A program made the position numbers and the translations under genes. 41,822 nucleotides of DNA from Gemmatimonadota bacterium (lineage in GTDB: Bacteria; Gemmatimonadota; Gemmatimonadetes; Gemmatimonadales; GWC2-71-9), in NCBI GenBank assembly GCA_040008015.1, contig JBDTTZ010000125.1, positions 1 through 41,822 of the forward strand, written 5' to 3'. Below, one piece after another: positions 15,744 to 23,933 of the stretch; position 1 is the stretch's first letter, and each line of letters starts with the position of its first letter. The notes beneath the pieces are model-generated. The model was not told the DNA's origin. It did not search any database and saw only the letters and a program-made list of their open reading frames with translations.

Positions 15744-16922
15744 ATGTCCCACGCGCCCCACCAGGCGGCCACCAGCCCAGGCGAACTCCTGGCCCGCGCC
15801 CAGGCCATCGCAGCCAACATCGCCGCGAAGCAAGCACCCGAAGTCGACCGACACGCACGTTTCCCCCACGAAACCGTGGAGGCAGCGCGCGAGGCCGAGC
15901 TGTTGTCGGCGCTGGTGCCGGTGGAGCTCGGAGGGGCGGGCGCAAGCATGGGTGACCTTGCCGCCATGTGCGCGGCCCTGGCCCAGGGCTGCGGCTCGAG
16001 CGGCATGGTGCTCGCCATGCACCACATTCAGATCGCCTGCCTCGCGCGCCATGCCCGCTCGTCATCGTTCTTCGAAGCCTACCTCCGCGACGTAGCCGAA
16101 CGGCAGCTGCTCCTGGCCTCGATAACATCCGAGGTGGGAACCAGCGGCGACACCCGCTCCAGCATCTGCGCCATTGAGCGCGGCGACGGGCGATTCAGCC
16201 TGGTCAAGGACGCTACCACCGTTTCATACGGTGAGTACGCCGACGATCTGCTGGTGACCTGCCGGCGCGCCGCCGATTCTTCCCCGTCCGACCAGGTCCT
16301 GGTCCTCGTCCGCAAAGCCGACCTCTCGCTGGAGCGGACCGGCGAGTGGGACACCCTGGGGATGCGCGGCACCTGTAGCCCGGCCTACAAGCTGACGGCC
16401 TCCGGCCCCGAGTCGCAGATCGTTCCTGGCGCGTTCGCCGATTCGTCGGCGCAGTCGATGGTTCCCTATTCGCACATCCTGTGGAGCGCGGTCTGGCTGG
16501 GCATCGCCACCGACGCGATCGCCCGCGCATCGGCATATGTCCGGGCCGAGGCGCGCAAGAAGCCGGGCACGATCCCGGCGACGGCGACCCGGCTGGCCGA
16601 GGCCTCGGTGATGCTCCAGTCCATGCGGAACGACGTGACCGCCGCCGCCGCCGAGTTCGATGCCCTGGACGGCTGTCTCGAGCCGCTGTCGAGCATGAGC
16701 TGGGCGCTGCGGATGAACAATCTCAAGGTCGCCAGCTCGGAGGCGGCACCGCGGATCGTGCACCAGGCCCTCCAGATTCTCGGCATCATGGGATACAAGA
16801 ACGATTCGCCCCTCAGCGTCGGCCGGCAGTATCGCGACGTCCTCTCCGCGTCGCTCATGATCAGCAACGACCGGATCGCCTCGAAGAGCGCCTCCATGCT
16901 GCTCGTGCTCAAGGACGAGTAG
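15744..16922 (+). CDS. Acyl-CoA dehydrogenase-fold flavoprotein (non-canonical catalytic-base region)
   Basis: 392 aa with ACAD N-terminal, middle and C-terminal domain patterns (RFPHETVEAAREAELLSALVP.ELGG, TSEVGTSGD, GYKNDSPLSVGRQYRDV). Where MCAD-type enzymes have Y-E-G-T, this protein reads MISND. Confidence 0.9.
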   Translation: MSHAPHQAATSPGELLARAQAIAANIAAKQAPEVDRHARFPHETVEAAREAELLSALVPVELGGAGASMGDLAAMCAALAQGCGSSGMVLAMHHIQIACLARHARSSSFFEAYLRDVAERQLLLASITSEVGTSGDTRSSICAIERGDGRFSLVKDATTVSYGEYADDLLVTCRRAADSSPSDQVLVLVRKADLSLERTGEWDTLGMRGTCSPAYKLTASGPESQIVPGAFADSSAQSMVPYSHILWSAVWLGIATDAIARASAYVRAEARKKPGTIPATATRLAEASVMLQSMRNDVTAAAAEFDALDGCLEPLSSMSWALRMNNLKVASSEAAPRIVHQALQILGIMGYKNDSPLSVGRQYRDVLSASLMISNDRIASKSASMLLVLKDE

Positions 16923-17834
16923 ATGACCGCCCCCTCCGCCCCGCCGGTCTTCCACGATGAGCTGGTCGCCCACGGCCTGATTACGCCGGTGGGCGTGCTC
17001 GGCGCGTTCGGCCGCCGCCAGGTCTTCGAGGACGTGCTCGAGCGCCTCGACGCCCTGATTCTGCGGCTGGCAAAGGACGATGCGGTCGAGTCGATGACAT
17101 TTCCGCCGGTGATCGACCGGGCCATCATCGAGCGCACCGGGTACATGGATTCCTTTCCGAACCTGTGCGGCGTGGTGCACAGCTTCGTGGGACCCGAGCG
17201 CGATGCCCGGGCGATTTCCGAGCGGATCCAGAAGGCGGAGCCCTGGGGCGACATGCTGGCCATGACCGATGTCGTGCTGAACCCGGCCGCCTGCTACCCG
17301 CTGTATCCCACCTGCCGCGGCATCCTCCCCCCGGGCGGGCGCGAGGTCACCATGGCGGCCTGGGTCTACCGGCAGGAGCCGTCGGCGGAACCGACCCGGA
17401 TGCGATCCTTTCGGGTGCGGGAGTTCGTGCGGCTCGGCGCGGCGGAACACTGCGTTGCCTGGCGTGACCAGTGGCTGGAGCGCGGGCTCGCGATGCTCAC
17501 GTCGCTGGAGCTGCCGGCCCGGTCCGACGTCGCCGCCGATCCGTTCTTCGGCCGTGGCGGGAAGATCCTCGCCGCCGGCCAGATCGAGCAGCGGCTCAAA
17601 TTCGAGGTGCTGATCCCGGTCATCTCCGACGAGGCGCCGACGGCGTGCTGCTCGTTCAACTACCACCAGGACAAGTTCGGGAGTGCATTCGACATTCGAA
17701 CCGCCGACGGAGAGGTGGCGCATACCGCGTGTCTCGGTTTCGGCATGGAGCGGATCGTCATGGCGCTCTTCCGGACTCACGGCTTTGATCCGAAGCAGTG
17801 GCCCCGGGCAGTCCGCGAGAAGCTCTGGTCATGA
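16923..17834 (+). CDS. Amino acid--[carrier protein] ligase (truncated methanogen-type seryl-tRNA-synthetase homologue)
   Basis: At 303 aa it is a class-II aaRS catalytic core only. Motif 2 is MRSFRVREF and motif 3 is CLGFGMERIVMALF. Cys124, Glu167 and Cys270 sit in the contexts expected for the active-site Zn ligands. There is no tRNA-binding domain. It is adjacent to a carrier protein and a PPTase. Confidence 0.8.
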   Translation: MTAPSAPPVFHDELVAHGLITPVGVLGAFGRRQVFEDVLERLDALILRLAKDDAVESMTFPPVIDRAIIERTGYMDSFPNLCGVVHSFVGPERDARAISERIQKAEPWGDMLAMTDVVLNPAACYPLYPTCRGILPPGGREVTMAAWVYRQEPSAEPTRMRSFRVREFVRLGAAEHCVAWRDQWLERGLAMLTSLELPARSDVAADPFFGRGGKILAAGQIEQRLKFEVLIPVISDEAPTACCSFNYHQDKFGSAFDIRTADGEVAHTACLGFGMERIVMALFRTHGFDPKQWPRAVREKLWS

Positions 17835-18841
17835 ACCGGATCCAGGTGCTTCCCGGGTTCGAGGTCGCCGGCTACCGGCGGCATGAGCTGCACGCCGACG
17901 ACCGCGTCTGGGTGGAAAAGAACTGCTACGTCGATGTCTGCATCGAGCTGCTCCACGCGCTCGGCCTGGAGCCGCTCGCGCTGCTGGGCGCCTGCGCCGC
18001 GATCGACTTCGAGGGAGACAACTTCACGTTCTTCAAGCCCTCGCACGACGAGATGCGCCTCTTCTTCGGACTTGATGTGCAGGAGCTCAATGTCTGGCGC
18101 CCGCTCATCGAGCACGCGGCCGAGCACCTGGCCGCCGGCAAGCTCATCAGCACGGAAACGGACAGTTTCAATCTGCCGGACACCGAGGGAACCGATTACC
18201 AGCGGAACCACGTCAAGACCACGATCATTCTCGCCGACCTGGACGTCGAAGCCCGGCGGCTGGGGTATTTCCATAACGCCGGCTATTACACCCTCGACGG
18301 CCAGGACTTCGCCCGGCTCTTCCGCCTGGACCAGGCGCCTGATCCGGCCTTTCTCCCGCTGTTCGCCGAAGTCATCCGGGTAGACCGGCTGGTGCGGCGG
18401 ACTCCCGGTGCGCTGAAACGGCTGGCCCGCGAGCTCCTGGCCATCCACGTGGCACGCCGGCCGGCGAGCAATCCACTCGTCGCGTTTCAACACCGCTTCG
18501 AGCGGGATCTCCCGGAGATCCAGGGCCAGGGTCTCGGGTATTATCACGCGTGGGCCTTCGCCACGGTGCGCCAGGTCGGCGCCGCGTCCGAGCTGTTGTC
18601 GCTGCATCTCCGGTGGCTGGGCAGCCCGGAGGCCGGCGAGAGCCTGGCATCGGCGGCCGACGACTTCGAGCGCCTGAGTGCCGCCGCCAAGACGTTCATC
18701 CTGAAGGCGGCCCGCGCCGTCAACACCCGCCGGGCAGTGGATGCCTCGGCAATTTTCCTGGAGATGGCCCAGGCCTGGGAACGGGGAATGTCTCGGCTCG
18801 CCCTGGCGGTCGGATCAGAAATGTCGGAGCAGCCCGTATGA
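17831..18841 (+). CDS. DUF1839 family protein
   Basis: The start MNRIQVLPGF.. (ATG 17831) overlaps the upstream stop (ATGA). The sequence HELHADDRVWVEKNCYVDVCIELLHALGLEP..FEGDNFTFFKPS matches my recollection of DUF1839, a family usually found next to aa:CP ligases. Confidence 0.75.
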   Translation: MNRIQVLPGFEVAGYRRHELHADDRVWVEKNCYVDVCIELLHALGLEPLALLGACAAIDFEGDNFTFFKPSHDEMRLFFGLDVQELNVWRPLIEHAAEHLAAGKLISTETDSFNLPDTEGTDYQRNHVKTTIILADLDVEARRLGYFHNAGYYTLDGQDFARLFRLDQAPDPAFLPLFAEVIRVDRLVRRTPGALKRLARELLAIHVARRPASNPLVAFQHRFERDLPEIQGQGLGYYHAWAFATVRQVGAASELLSLHLRWLGSPEAGESLASAADDFERLSAAAKTFILKAARAVNTRRAVDASAIFLEMAQAWERGMSRLALAVGSEMSEQPV

Positions 18842-19242
18842 CCGCCGCCGCGCTCACAGTCGGGATCGACCTGGTCCAGGTGAGTCGGATCGCCGAGTCA
18901 TTGGACCGATTCGGAGACCGTTTTCTCAAGCGGATCTTCACCGAGGGAGAGATCGCCTACGCCCGGGCTGAGCCGGAGCAGACCGCCGAGCGGCTGGCCG
19001 CCCGCTTTGCCGCCAAAGAGGCGACGATCAAGGCCATGGGGCTGGCGGAGCAGCCGTTCAACTGGCGGGACATCGAGGTCCGGCGGACCAGCTCCGGAGC
19101 CTGTGAGATAGATCTCCACGGCTCCGTCGGGGCATTTGCATCATCCTCGGGCGCCGGCCCGCTTATCGTAAGCTTGAGCCACGAGGGTGACTACGCTACG
19201 GCAGTGGTCATCTCCTGTGGACCACGAATCCAGGACACATGA
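18838..19242 (+). CDS. acpS: Holo-[acyl-carrier-protein] synthase (AcpS-type 4'-phosphopantetheinyl transferase)
   Basis: 134 aa. GIDLVQVSRI, FAAKEATIKA and SLSHEGDYATAVV are canonical AcpS motifs. There is an ATGA overlap with both neighbours. Confidence 0.85.
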   Translation: MTAAALTVGIDLVQVSRIAESLDRFGDRFLKRIFTEGEIAYARAEPEQTAERLAARFAAKEATIKAMGLAEQPFNWRDIEVRRTSSGACEIDLHGSVGAFASSSGAGPLIVSLSHEGDYATAVVISCGPRIQDT

Positions 19243-19502
19243 GCCCGCAAGAGACGACCCGGATCACCGAGACGGTTCGCCGGATCCTCAAAGAACACGG
19301 CCGCTTTTCGCGTGACGTCGAGAGCCTGGCTGCCGATGCCGACCTGTACCAGGCCGGGATGACGTCGCACGCGAGCGTGAACATCATGCTGGCGCTGGAA
19401 GGGGAGTTTGACGTCGAGTTCCCCGACCACATGCTGACCCGGGCCGTGTTCTCCAGCATCAATTCGATGCGCACCGCGGTACAGGAGCTCCTCCCGCAAT
19501 GA
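19239..19502 (+). CDS. Dedicated acyl/aminoacyl carrier protein
   Basis: 87 aa. The ACP helix-II region is LYQAGMTSHASVNIMLALEGEF, with the phosphopantetheine-attachment Ser in GMTSH. Confidence 0.85.
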   Translation: MSPQETTRITETVRRILKEHGRFSRDVESLAADADLYQAGMTSHASVNIMLALEGEFDVEFPDHMLTRAVFSSINSMRTAVQELLPQ

Positions 19503-22039
19503 GTGGGGCCGGGCGTGGACGCGTCCGCTCCATCTCCGGCTACCAGGTCGAACGGCTGTCCGAGGGATGGGGGGTGGCGTCATGCCCTCCCGATGCGATT
19601 GACGGGCCGGCGGCGCTGGCGGCCGCCTCGCTCGAATGGCTTCCGGCACTGGTGCCTTCCACCGCCGCCTCGGCGCTGCGCGCCGCCGGTCGCTGGTCCC
19701 TCGAAGATCCTCCCCGAAAATTCGACGCCGAAGACTGGTGGTACCGGACCTCGTTCCGCGCCGATCCGGCAGAGCCGGGCGAACAGATCTGGCTCTGCTT
19801 CGACGGACTGGCGACGATATCCGACGTCTGGCTCAATGGAGAGCCCCTGCTCTGCTCGGCGGGAATGTTCACCGCGCGCGAGCACCGCGTGGACCAGCAG
19901 CTCCGAGCCGAGAACCATCTCGCGATCCGCTTTCGCTCTCTTGACTCGCTGCTTGCGGCCCGCCGGCCCCGGCCCCGCTGGCGGGCGCCGATGGTAGAGC
20001 ACCAGCAGCTGCGCTGGCACCGAACCACCCTCCTCGGCCGGACACCCGGGTGGTCACCGCCCGCGGCGGCGGTCGGACCCTGGCGCCCGGTGCGCCTGGA
20101 GCGCCGGCGGGGTGTCATCATCCAAGACGTGCGGCTGCTGGCGCATGGCAGCGGCGCACTGGATGTCTCCTGCCGGGTAGCGACCCTCAGCGGTGAAACG
20201 GTGTCCGGGGCGGAGATCATCGTCGAGCGCGATGGCCGCACGTATGGCACGGCTCTCAACCTGTCAGGCTCCGGCGAATTCAGCGCAACACTCCAGGTGC
20301 CCGACGCAGAGCTGTGGTGGCCCCATACCCACGGGGACCCGGCCCTCTACTCGGCACGCCTCCGCCTGGGACGCGCCCGGGAGATCATCGAGGTTGACCT
20401 GGGCGCCGTCGGCTTTCGCTCCGTCTCGCTCGAGACCGCCGGTGATGATTTCGAGATCCGGGTCAACAGTGTCCCGATCTTCTGCCGCGGTGCCTGCTGG
20501 ACACCGCTGGACCCGGTCTCGCTCGGAGAGTCTCCCGGGACACTGGACCAGGCCATGACCCAGGTGGTAGCCGCCGGCATGAACATGCTGCGGGTAGGCG
20601 GCACGATGGTCTACCAAAGCGACGATTTCCTCGATGCCTGCGATAGCCGCGGCATTCTCCTCTGGCAGGACTTCATGTTCGCGAATATGGACTACCCGGA
20701 GGATGACAAGTCGTTCATAGCCGCGGTAGACATCGAGATTCGGCAGGAGCTGGGCCGATTGCAGGGCCGTCCAAGCGTGGCCGTGCTGTGCGGAAACAGC
20801 GAAGGGGGTCAGCAGGCCGCGATGTGGGGAGCGACGCGGGATCGGTGGACGCCGGCCCTCTTTCACCGGCTCATTCCCGACCTCGTCGCGGCGTTCTGTT
20901 CCGGTGTTCCCTATGCCCCGTCATCGGCATTTGGCGGCGCGTTTCCGCACCAGGCTAGCACGGGAGCGACATCATACTACGGCGTGGGAGCGTATCGCAG
21001 ACCACTCGAGGACGCCCGCCGGGCCGAAGTGCGCTTCGCCTCCGAATGCCTCGCCTTCGCCAATGTCCCCACGGCGCAATCCCTGGCGGCGTCGCCGGTG
21101 CTTCGCGGCGCCCGGGTTCATCATTCCGCCTGGAAGGGCCGCACGCCGCGCGACCCGGGCGCCGGCTGGGACTTCGACGATGTGCGGGACCATTACCTCG
21201 CCCTGCTCTTCGGGGTGGACCCGCTCGAGCTCCGCGCCTCGGATCACGAGCGCTACCTCTCGTTGAGCCGAGTGGTAACCGGTGAGGTCATGGCGGCAGT
21301 CTTTGGCGAATGGAGGCGGCGGCGATCCACCACCCGCGGTGGCCTGGTCTGGTTCCTTCGCGATCTCTGGGACAGTGCAGGATGGGGAGTAATCGATGCT
21401 TCCGGGAAACCAAAAGCGGCATGGCACTATCTCCGGCGGGCGCTGGCGCCGGTCGCGCTCTTTCTTTCCGACGAAGGGGGCAACGGAATCGGCGTTCACC
21501 TGACGAACGACACTCCGCTGATGGTGGAAGGGGACCTCGAGATTGCGCTCTTTCGCGGGGCGGTCCCGGTCACCCGCGGGCACCAGGCTGTATCGGTCGC
21601 GCCCCACGACTCACTGGAGCGCAATGCCGCCGACTGGTTCGACAGCCTCCACGACCTGAGCTATGCCTACCGCTTTGGTCCCCCGGCCTATGACCTCATG
21701 GCGGCCACCGTGCGTGACGGGTCGGGCAGCGTGATTGCGCGGGCCTGTCACTTTATCCAGGGCCTGCCTCGCGTCATGGTGCCGGAGATCGGGCTGACGG
21801 CCGAGGCGCGACGAAAAGCCGATGGGTACGAGCTAGTGGTGCGCACCCGTGATTTCGCCCAGTCAGTGACCGTCGAGCTGGAGGGGTACACGAGCGAAGA
21901 CAACTTCTTCCACCTTGCCCCGGGCGAGGAGCGTGTCCTCGAGATCCGGCCCGATGGCTCGGGCGCTTCGGCGCGCGGAACCCTCAAACCGCTCAATTCG
22001 GAGATGGCCACACCGGTGTCGTTCCCAGGCAACCCGTGA
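19499..22039 (+). CDS. Glycoside hydrolase family 2 protein (beta-mannosidase-like), no signal peptide
   Basis: 846 aa. It has DWWYRTSF and LCFDGLATISDVWLNGEPL. The acid/base context is LCGNSEGG and the nucleophile context is VRFASECLAFANVP, so both catalytic Glu residues appear retained. The start overlaps the carrier-protein stop (ATGA). Confidence 0.85.
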   Translation: MSGAGRGRVRSISGYQVERLSEGWGVASCPPDAIDGPAALAAASLEWLPALVPSTAASALRAAGRWSLEDPPRKFDAEDWWYRTSFRADPAEPGEQIWLCFDGLATISDVWLNGEPLLCSAGMFTAREHRVDQQLRAENHLAIRFRSLDSLLAARRPRPRWRAPMVEHQQLRWHRTTLLGRTPGWSPPAAAVGPWRPVRLERRRGVIIQDVRLLAHGSGALDVSCRVATLSGETVSGAEIIVERDGRTYGTALNLSGSGEFSATLQVPDAELWWPHTHGDPALYSARLRLGRAREIIEVDLGAVGFRSVSLETAGDDFEIRVNSVPIFCRGACWTPLDPVSLGESPGTLDQAMTQVVAAGMNMLRVGGTMVYQSDDFLDACDSRGILLWQDFMFANMDYPEDDKSFIAAVDIEIRQELGRLQGRPSVAVLCGNSEGGQQAAMWGATRDRWTPALFHRLIPDLVAAFCSGVPYAPSSAFGGAFPHQASTGATSYYGVGAYRRPLEDARRAEVRFASECLAFANVPTAQSLAASPVLRGARVHHSAWKGRTPRDPGAGWDFDDVRDHYLALLFGVDPLELRASDHERYLSLSRVVTGEVMAAVFGEWRRRRSTTRGGLVWFLRDLWDSAGWGVIDASGKPKAAWHYLRRALAPVALFLSDEGGNGIGVHLTNDTPLMVEGDLEIALFRGAVPVTRGHQAVSVAPHDSLERNAADWFDSLHDLSYAYRFGPPAYDLMAATVRDGSGSVIARACHFIQGLPRVMVPEIGLTAEARRKADGYELVVRTRDFAQSVTVELEGYTSEDNFFHLAPGEERVLEIRPDGSGASARGTLKPLNSEMATPVSFPGNP

Positions 22040-22758
22040 CTTCATTAACCACGCGGGAGCAGACCATCACGCTGGCCGGGCTGCGCACCATCGTCGTGGC
22101 GGCCGCGGAACCGGAGCTGGTCGTCATCATGTTGCATGGCTATGCCATGACGCCGGAAGATCTCGCTCCCTTCGCCCATTCCATGAAGATTCCAGCGGTC
22201 TTCCTGGTCCCCGAAGGCCCGCTGGCGGCCTGGCCGGCCGGACGCGCGTGGTGGGAGATGGATCATGAGCGCCGGGCCCTGGCGCTGGAGCGAGGACCGC
22301 GCGATCTCCACGCCGAGCACCCTGCCGGCGCGCCCGCGGCACGGGCGGGACTCCTGGCGTTCCTGGCGGAGAGCGGGACGCGATGGAAGGGTTGCTCGCG
22401 CGCGATCGTGGGCTTTTCGCAGGGTGGGATGCTGGCTTGTGATACCCTGCTGAGGGAGCGGCCTGACATCGCGCGGCTGGCGCTGTTGTCCTCGTCCCGC
22501 ATCGCGGCCGATGAATGGCTGCCGCTGGTGCCCCGGATGCGAGGGCTCCCGGTCCTGGTCAGCCATGGCCGCGCGGATGACGATCTCGCCTTCGGCGCCG
22601 GCTGTGCGCTGCGTGACCTGCTTCAATCCGGTGGGGCAGAGATGACATGGGTGCCCCACGATCACGGGCACGAGATTCCGCTGGTGGTGTGGCGGGCGCT
22701 GAGAAAATTCCTGTCTAGCGGAAAGGCAGAATCCGCACGGCACCGATCGCCGCGCTGA
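22036..22758 (+). CDS. Alpha/beta hydrolase of the phospholipase/carboxylesterase (acyl-protein thioesterase-like) family
   Basis: 240 aa with a GTG start overlapping the GH2 stop (GTGA). The triad contexts are VIMLHGY, the nucleophile elbow GFSQGG, SHGRADDDL and HDHGHEIP. Confidence 0.8.
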   Translation: MTSLTTREQTITLAGLRTIVVAAAEPELVVIMLHGYAMTPEDLAPFAHSMKIPAVFLVPEGPLAAWPAGRAWWEMDHERRALALERGPRDLHAEHPAGAPAARAGLLAFLAESGTRWKGCSRAIVGFSQGGMLACDTLLRERPDIARLALLSSSRIAADEWLPLVPRMRGLPVLVSHGRADDDLAFGAGCALRDLLQSGGAEMTWVPHDHGHEIPLVVWRALRKFLSSGKAESARHRSPR

Positions 22759-23764
22759 GCGGAGCCAGCACCCGCCTGGTGAGCCGCCAGCCATCGCGGG
22801 ACACCCGGCGCATCGCGTGCAGGCTGGTAAGAAGAGTGAAGAATCTTCGCCGGAGGGTCCGCCGCTTCGGCGCGACCCGGACCGGCTGGCCGGCCGCGGC
22901 ATAGATATGGGTTCCCTCGTCGATCATTGTCTTGCCGGTATCAACCACGCTTTGCAGGGTCGCCAGCTGCAGCTCGGTGTTCCCCACCCGTTCCCGCGCC
23001 ACGTCGCCCTGTGCGATCATCCGGTCGTAGAGTACCCCGAAATTGCGCCGCCGCATCGCTTCAGCCGCAAAGGGAAACACCGTGATAGTCTTTCGCTGGC
23101 CGCTGCGATCGATGATCTCGGTGGCCATGGGCTCAGAGGTGTACACCGGGACCGGCGCGGTGTCCTGGAAGCGGTGCTCGAGACAGTGGGTGAACGTCAG
23201 CACTTCCAGGCCGACGTCGAAGAACAACGCCTTGGCGCCAAGGGACAGCATTTTCTCGTAAGGAGAACCAGGTCCGCACGAATGAGCCAGGTCCTCGTGA
23301 CCGGAGATGACCCACTCGGCCCGGGGACCCCAGGCCAGCAGCGGATGCAGCGGGTTGGCGCTCCGGATCACGCCGGCCCGGCGGCGAAAGGACTCCGACA
23401 TCACGCCCATCATCGACGGCGTACGCCGGACGTCGAAAACGCTTTTCGATTCCAGGTAGGCCTGGGCCGAGCTCCGGTAGGGCATCGACACCATGAAGAG
23501 GTGACCCCGGGGGCCGATGATGCTGAGAATGCGGTCGATGACGTGCGGGGCGTCTCCGCTGAATCCATTCATCGAGCTGAACGACGCCTGCATGAGGATC
23601 GAATCGCCCTCGCCAATTCCCAGGCGCCGCAACGCCGCGTCCAGGTCGGCCGGCGAGTAGGCCAGCGTCGCCCGAATCACCCGGTAACGCAGGAGTCGGA
23701 TCGCCTCCTTGAGGCGGGCTCGGAGCGAGGCCGGTAGCCACGCGAACAGCGCGCGCGTGGTCAC
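22715..23764 (-). CDS. AAC(3)-family (aminoglycoside N3-acetyltransferase-like) acetyltransferase with a C-terminal extension
   Basis: 349 aa. LRRLGIGEGDSILMQASFSSMNGFSGDAPHVIDRILSIIGPRGHLFMVSMPY and ...SCGPGSPYEKM.. follow the Antibiotic_NAT family pattern. Its 3' end overlaps the convergent hydrolase gene by 44 nt. Confidence 0.8.
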   Translation of the reverse strand: MTTRALFAWLPASLRARLKEAIRLLRYRVIRATLAYSPADLDAALRRLGIGEGDSILMQASFSSMNGFSGDAPHVIDRILSIIGPRGHLFMVSMPYRSSAQAYLESKSVFDVRRTPSMMGVMSESFRRRAGVIRSANPLHPLLAWGPRAEWVISGHEDLAHSCGPGSPYEKMLSLGAKALFFDVGLEVLTFTHCLEHRFQDTAPVPVYTSEPMATEIIDRSGQRKTITVFPFAAEAMRRRNFGVLYDRMIAQGDVARERVGNTELQLATLQSVVDTGKTMIDEGTHIYAAAGQPVRVAPKRRTLRRRFFTLLTSLHAMRRVSRDGWRLTRRVLAPLSAAIGAVRILPFR

Positions 23765-23933
23765 GAGCGCACCGGGAGCGTTGGACCGTCCAGGGTGAAA
23801 TTGGGCATGGTTGCACTGAGACTGTGCAGAACCCGAGCCACCGGCTTGGCGACCTAACCCAATGCCTTGGTGTGACTTGACTGCATACCAATCTGAGGCG
23901 TAGCGGCCGCGCTACATCCTCGACGCCACTGCG

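Noticed and set aside
16224-17780. 518-aa ORF on the minus strand, antisense to the ACAD and ligase genes. Similar cases are 307-1308 (+), 12871-13830 (-), 33271-34953 (-) and 37293-38471 (-).
   Set aside because: These are typical high-GC shadow ORFs. Their translations are Arg/Gly/Pro/His-rich and low in complexity with no recognisable motifs, while the opposite strand carries well-supported genes with clear family signatures.
23802-23815. TGGGCAT-ggt-TGCA resembling a sigma-54 -24/-12 promoter
   Set aside because: The GG-to-GC spacing is about 2 nt too short for the TGGCAC-N5-TTGC consensus, and it points away from the nearest gene start on that strand.
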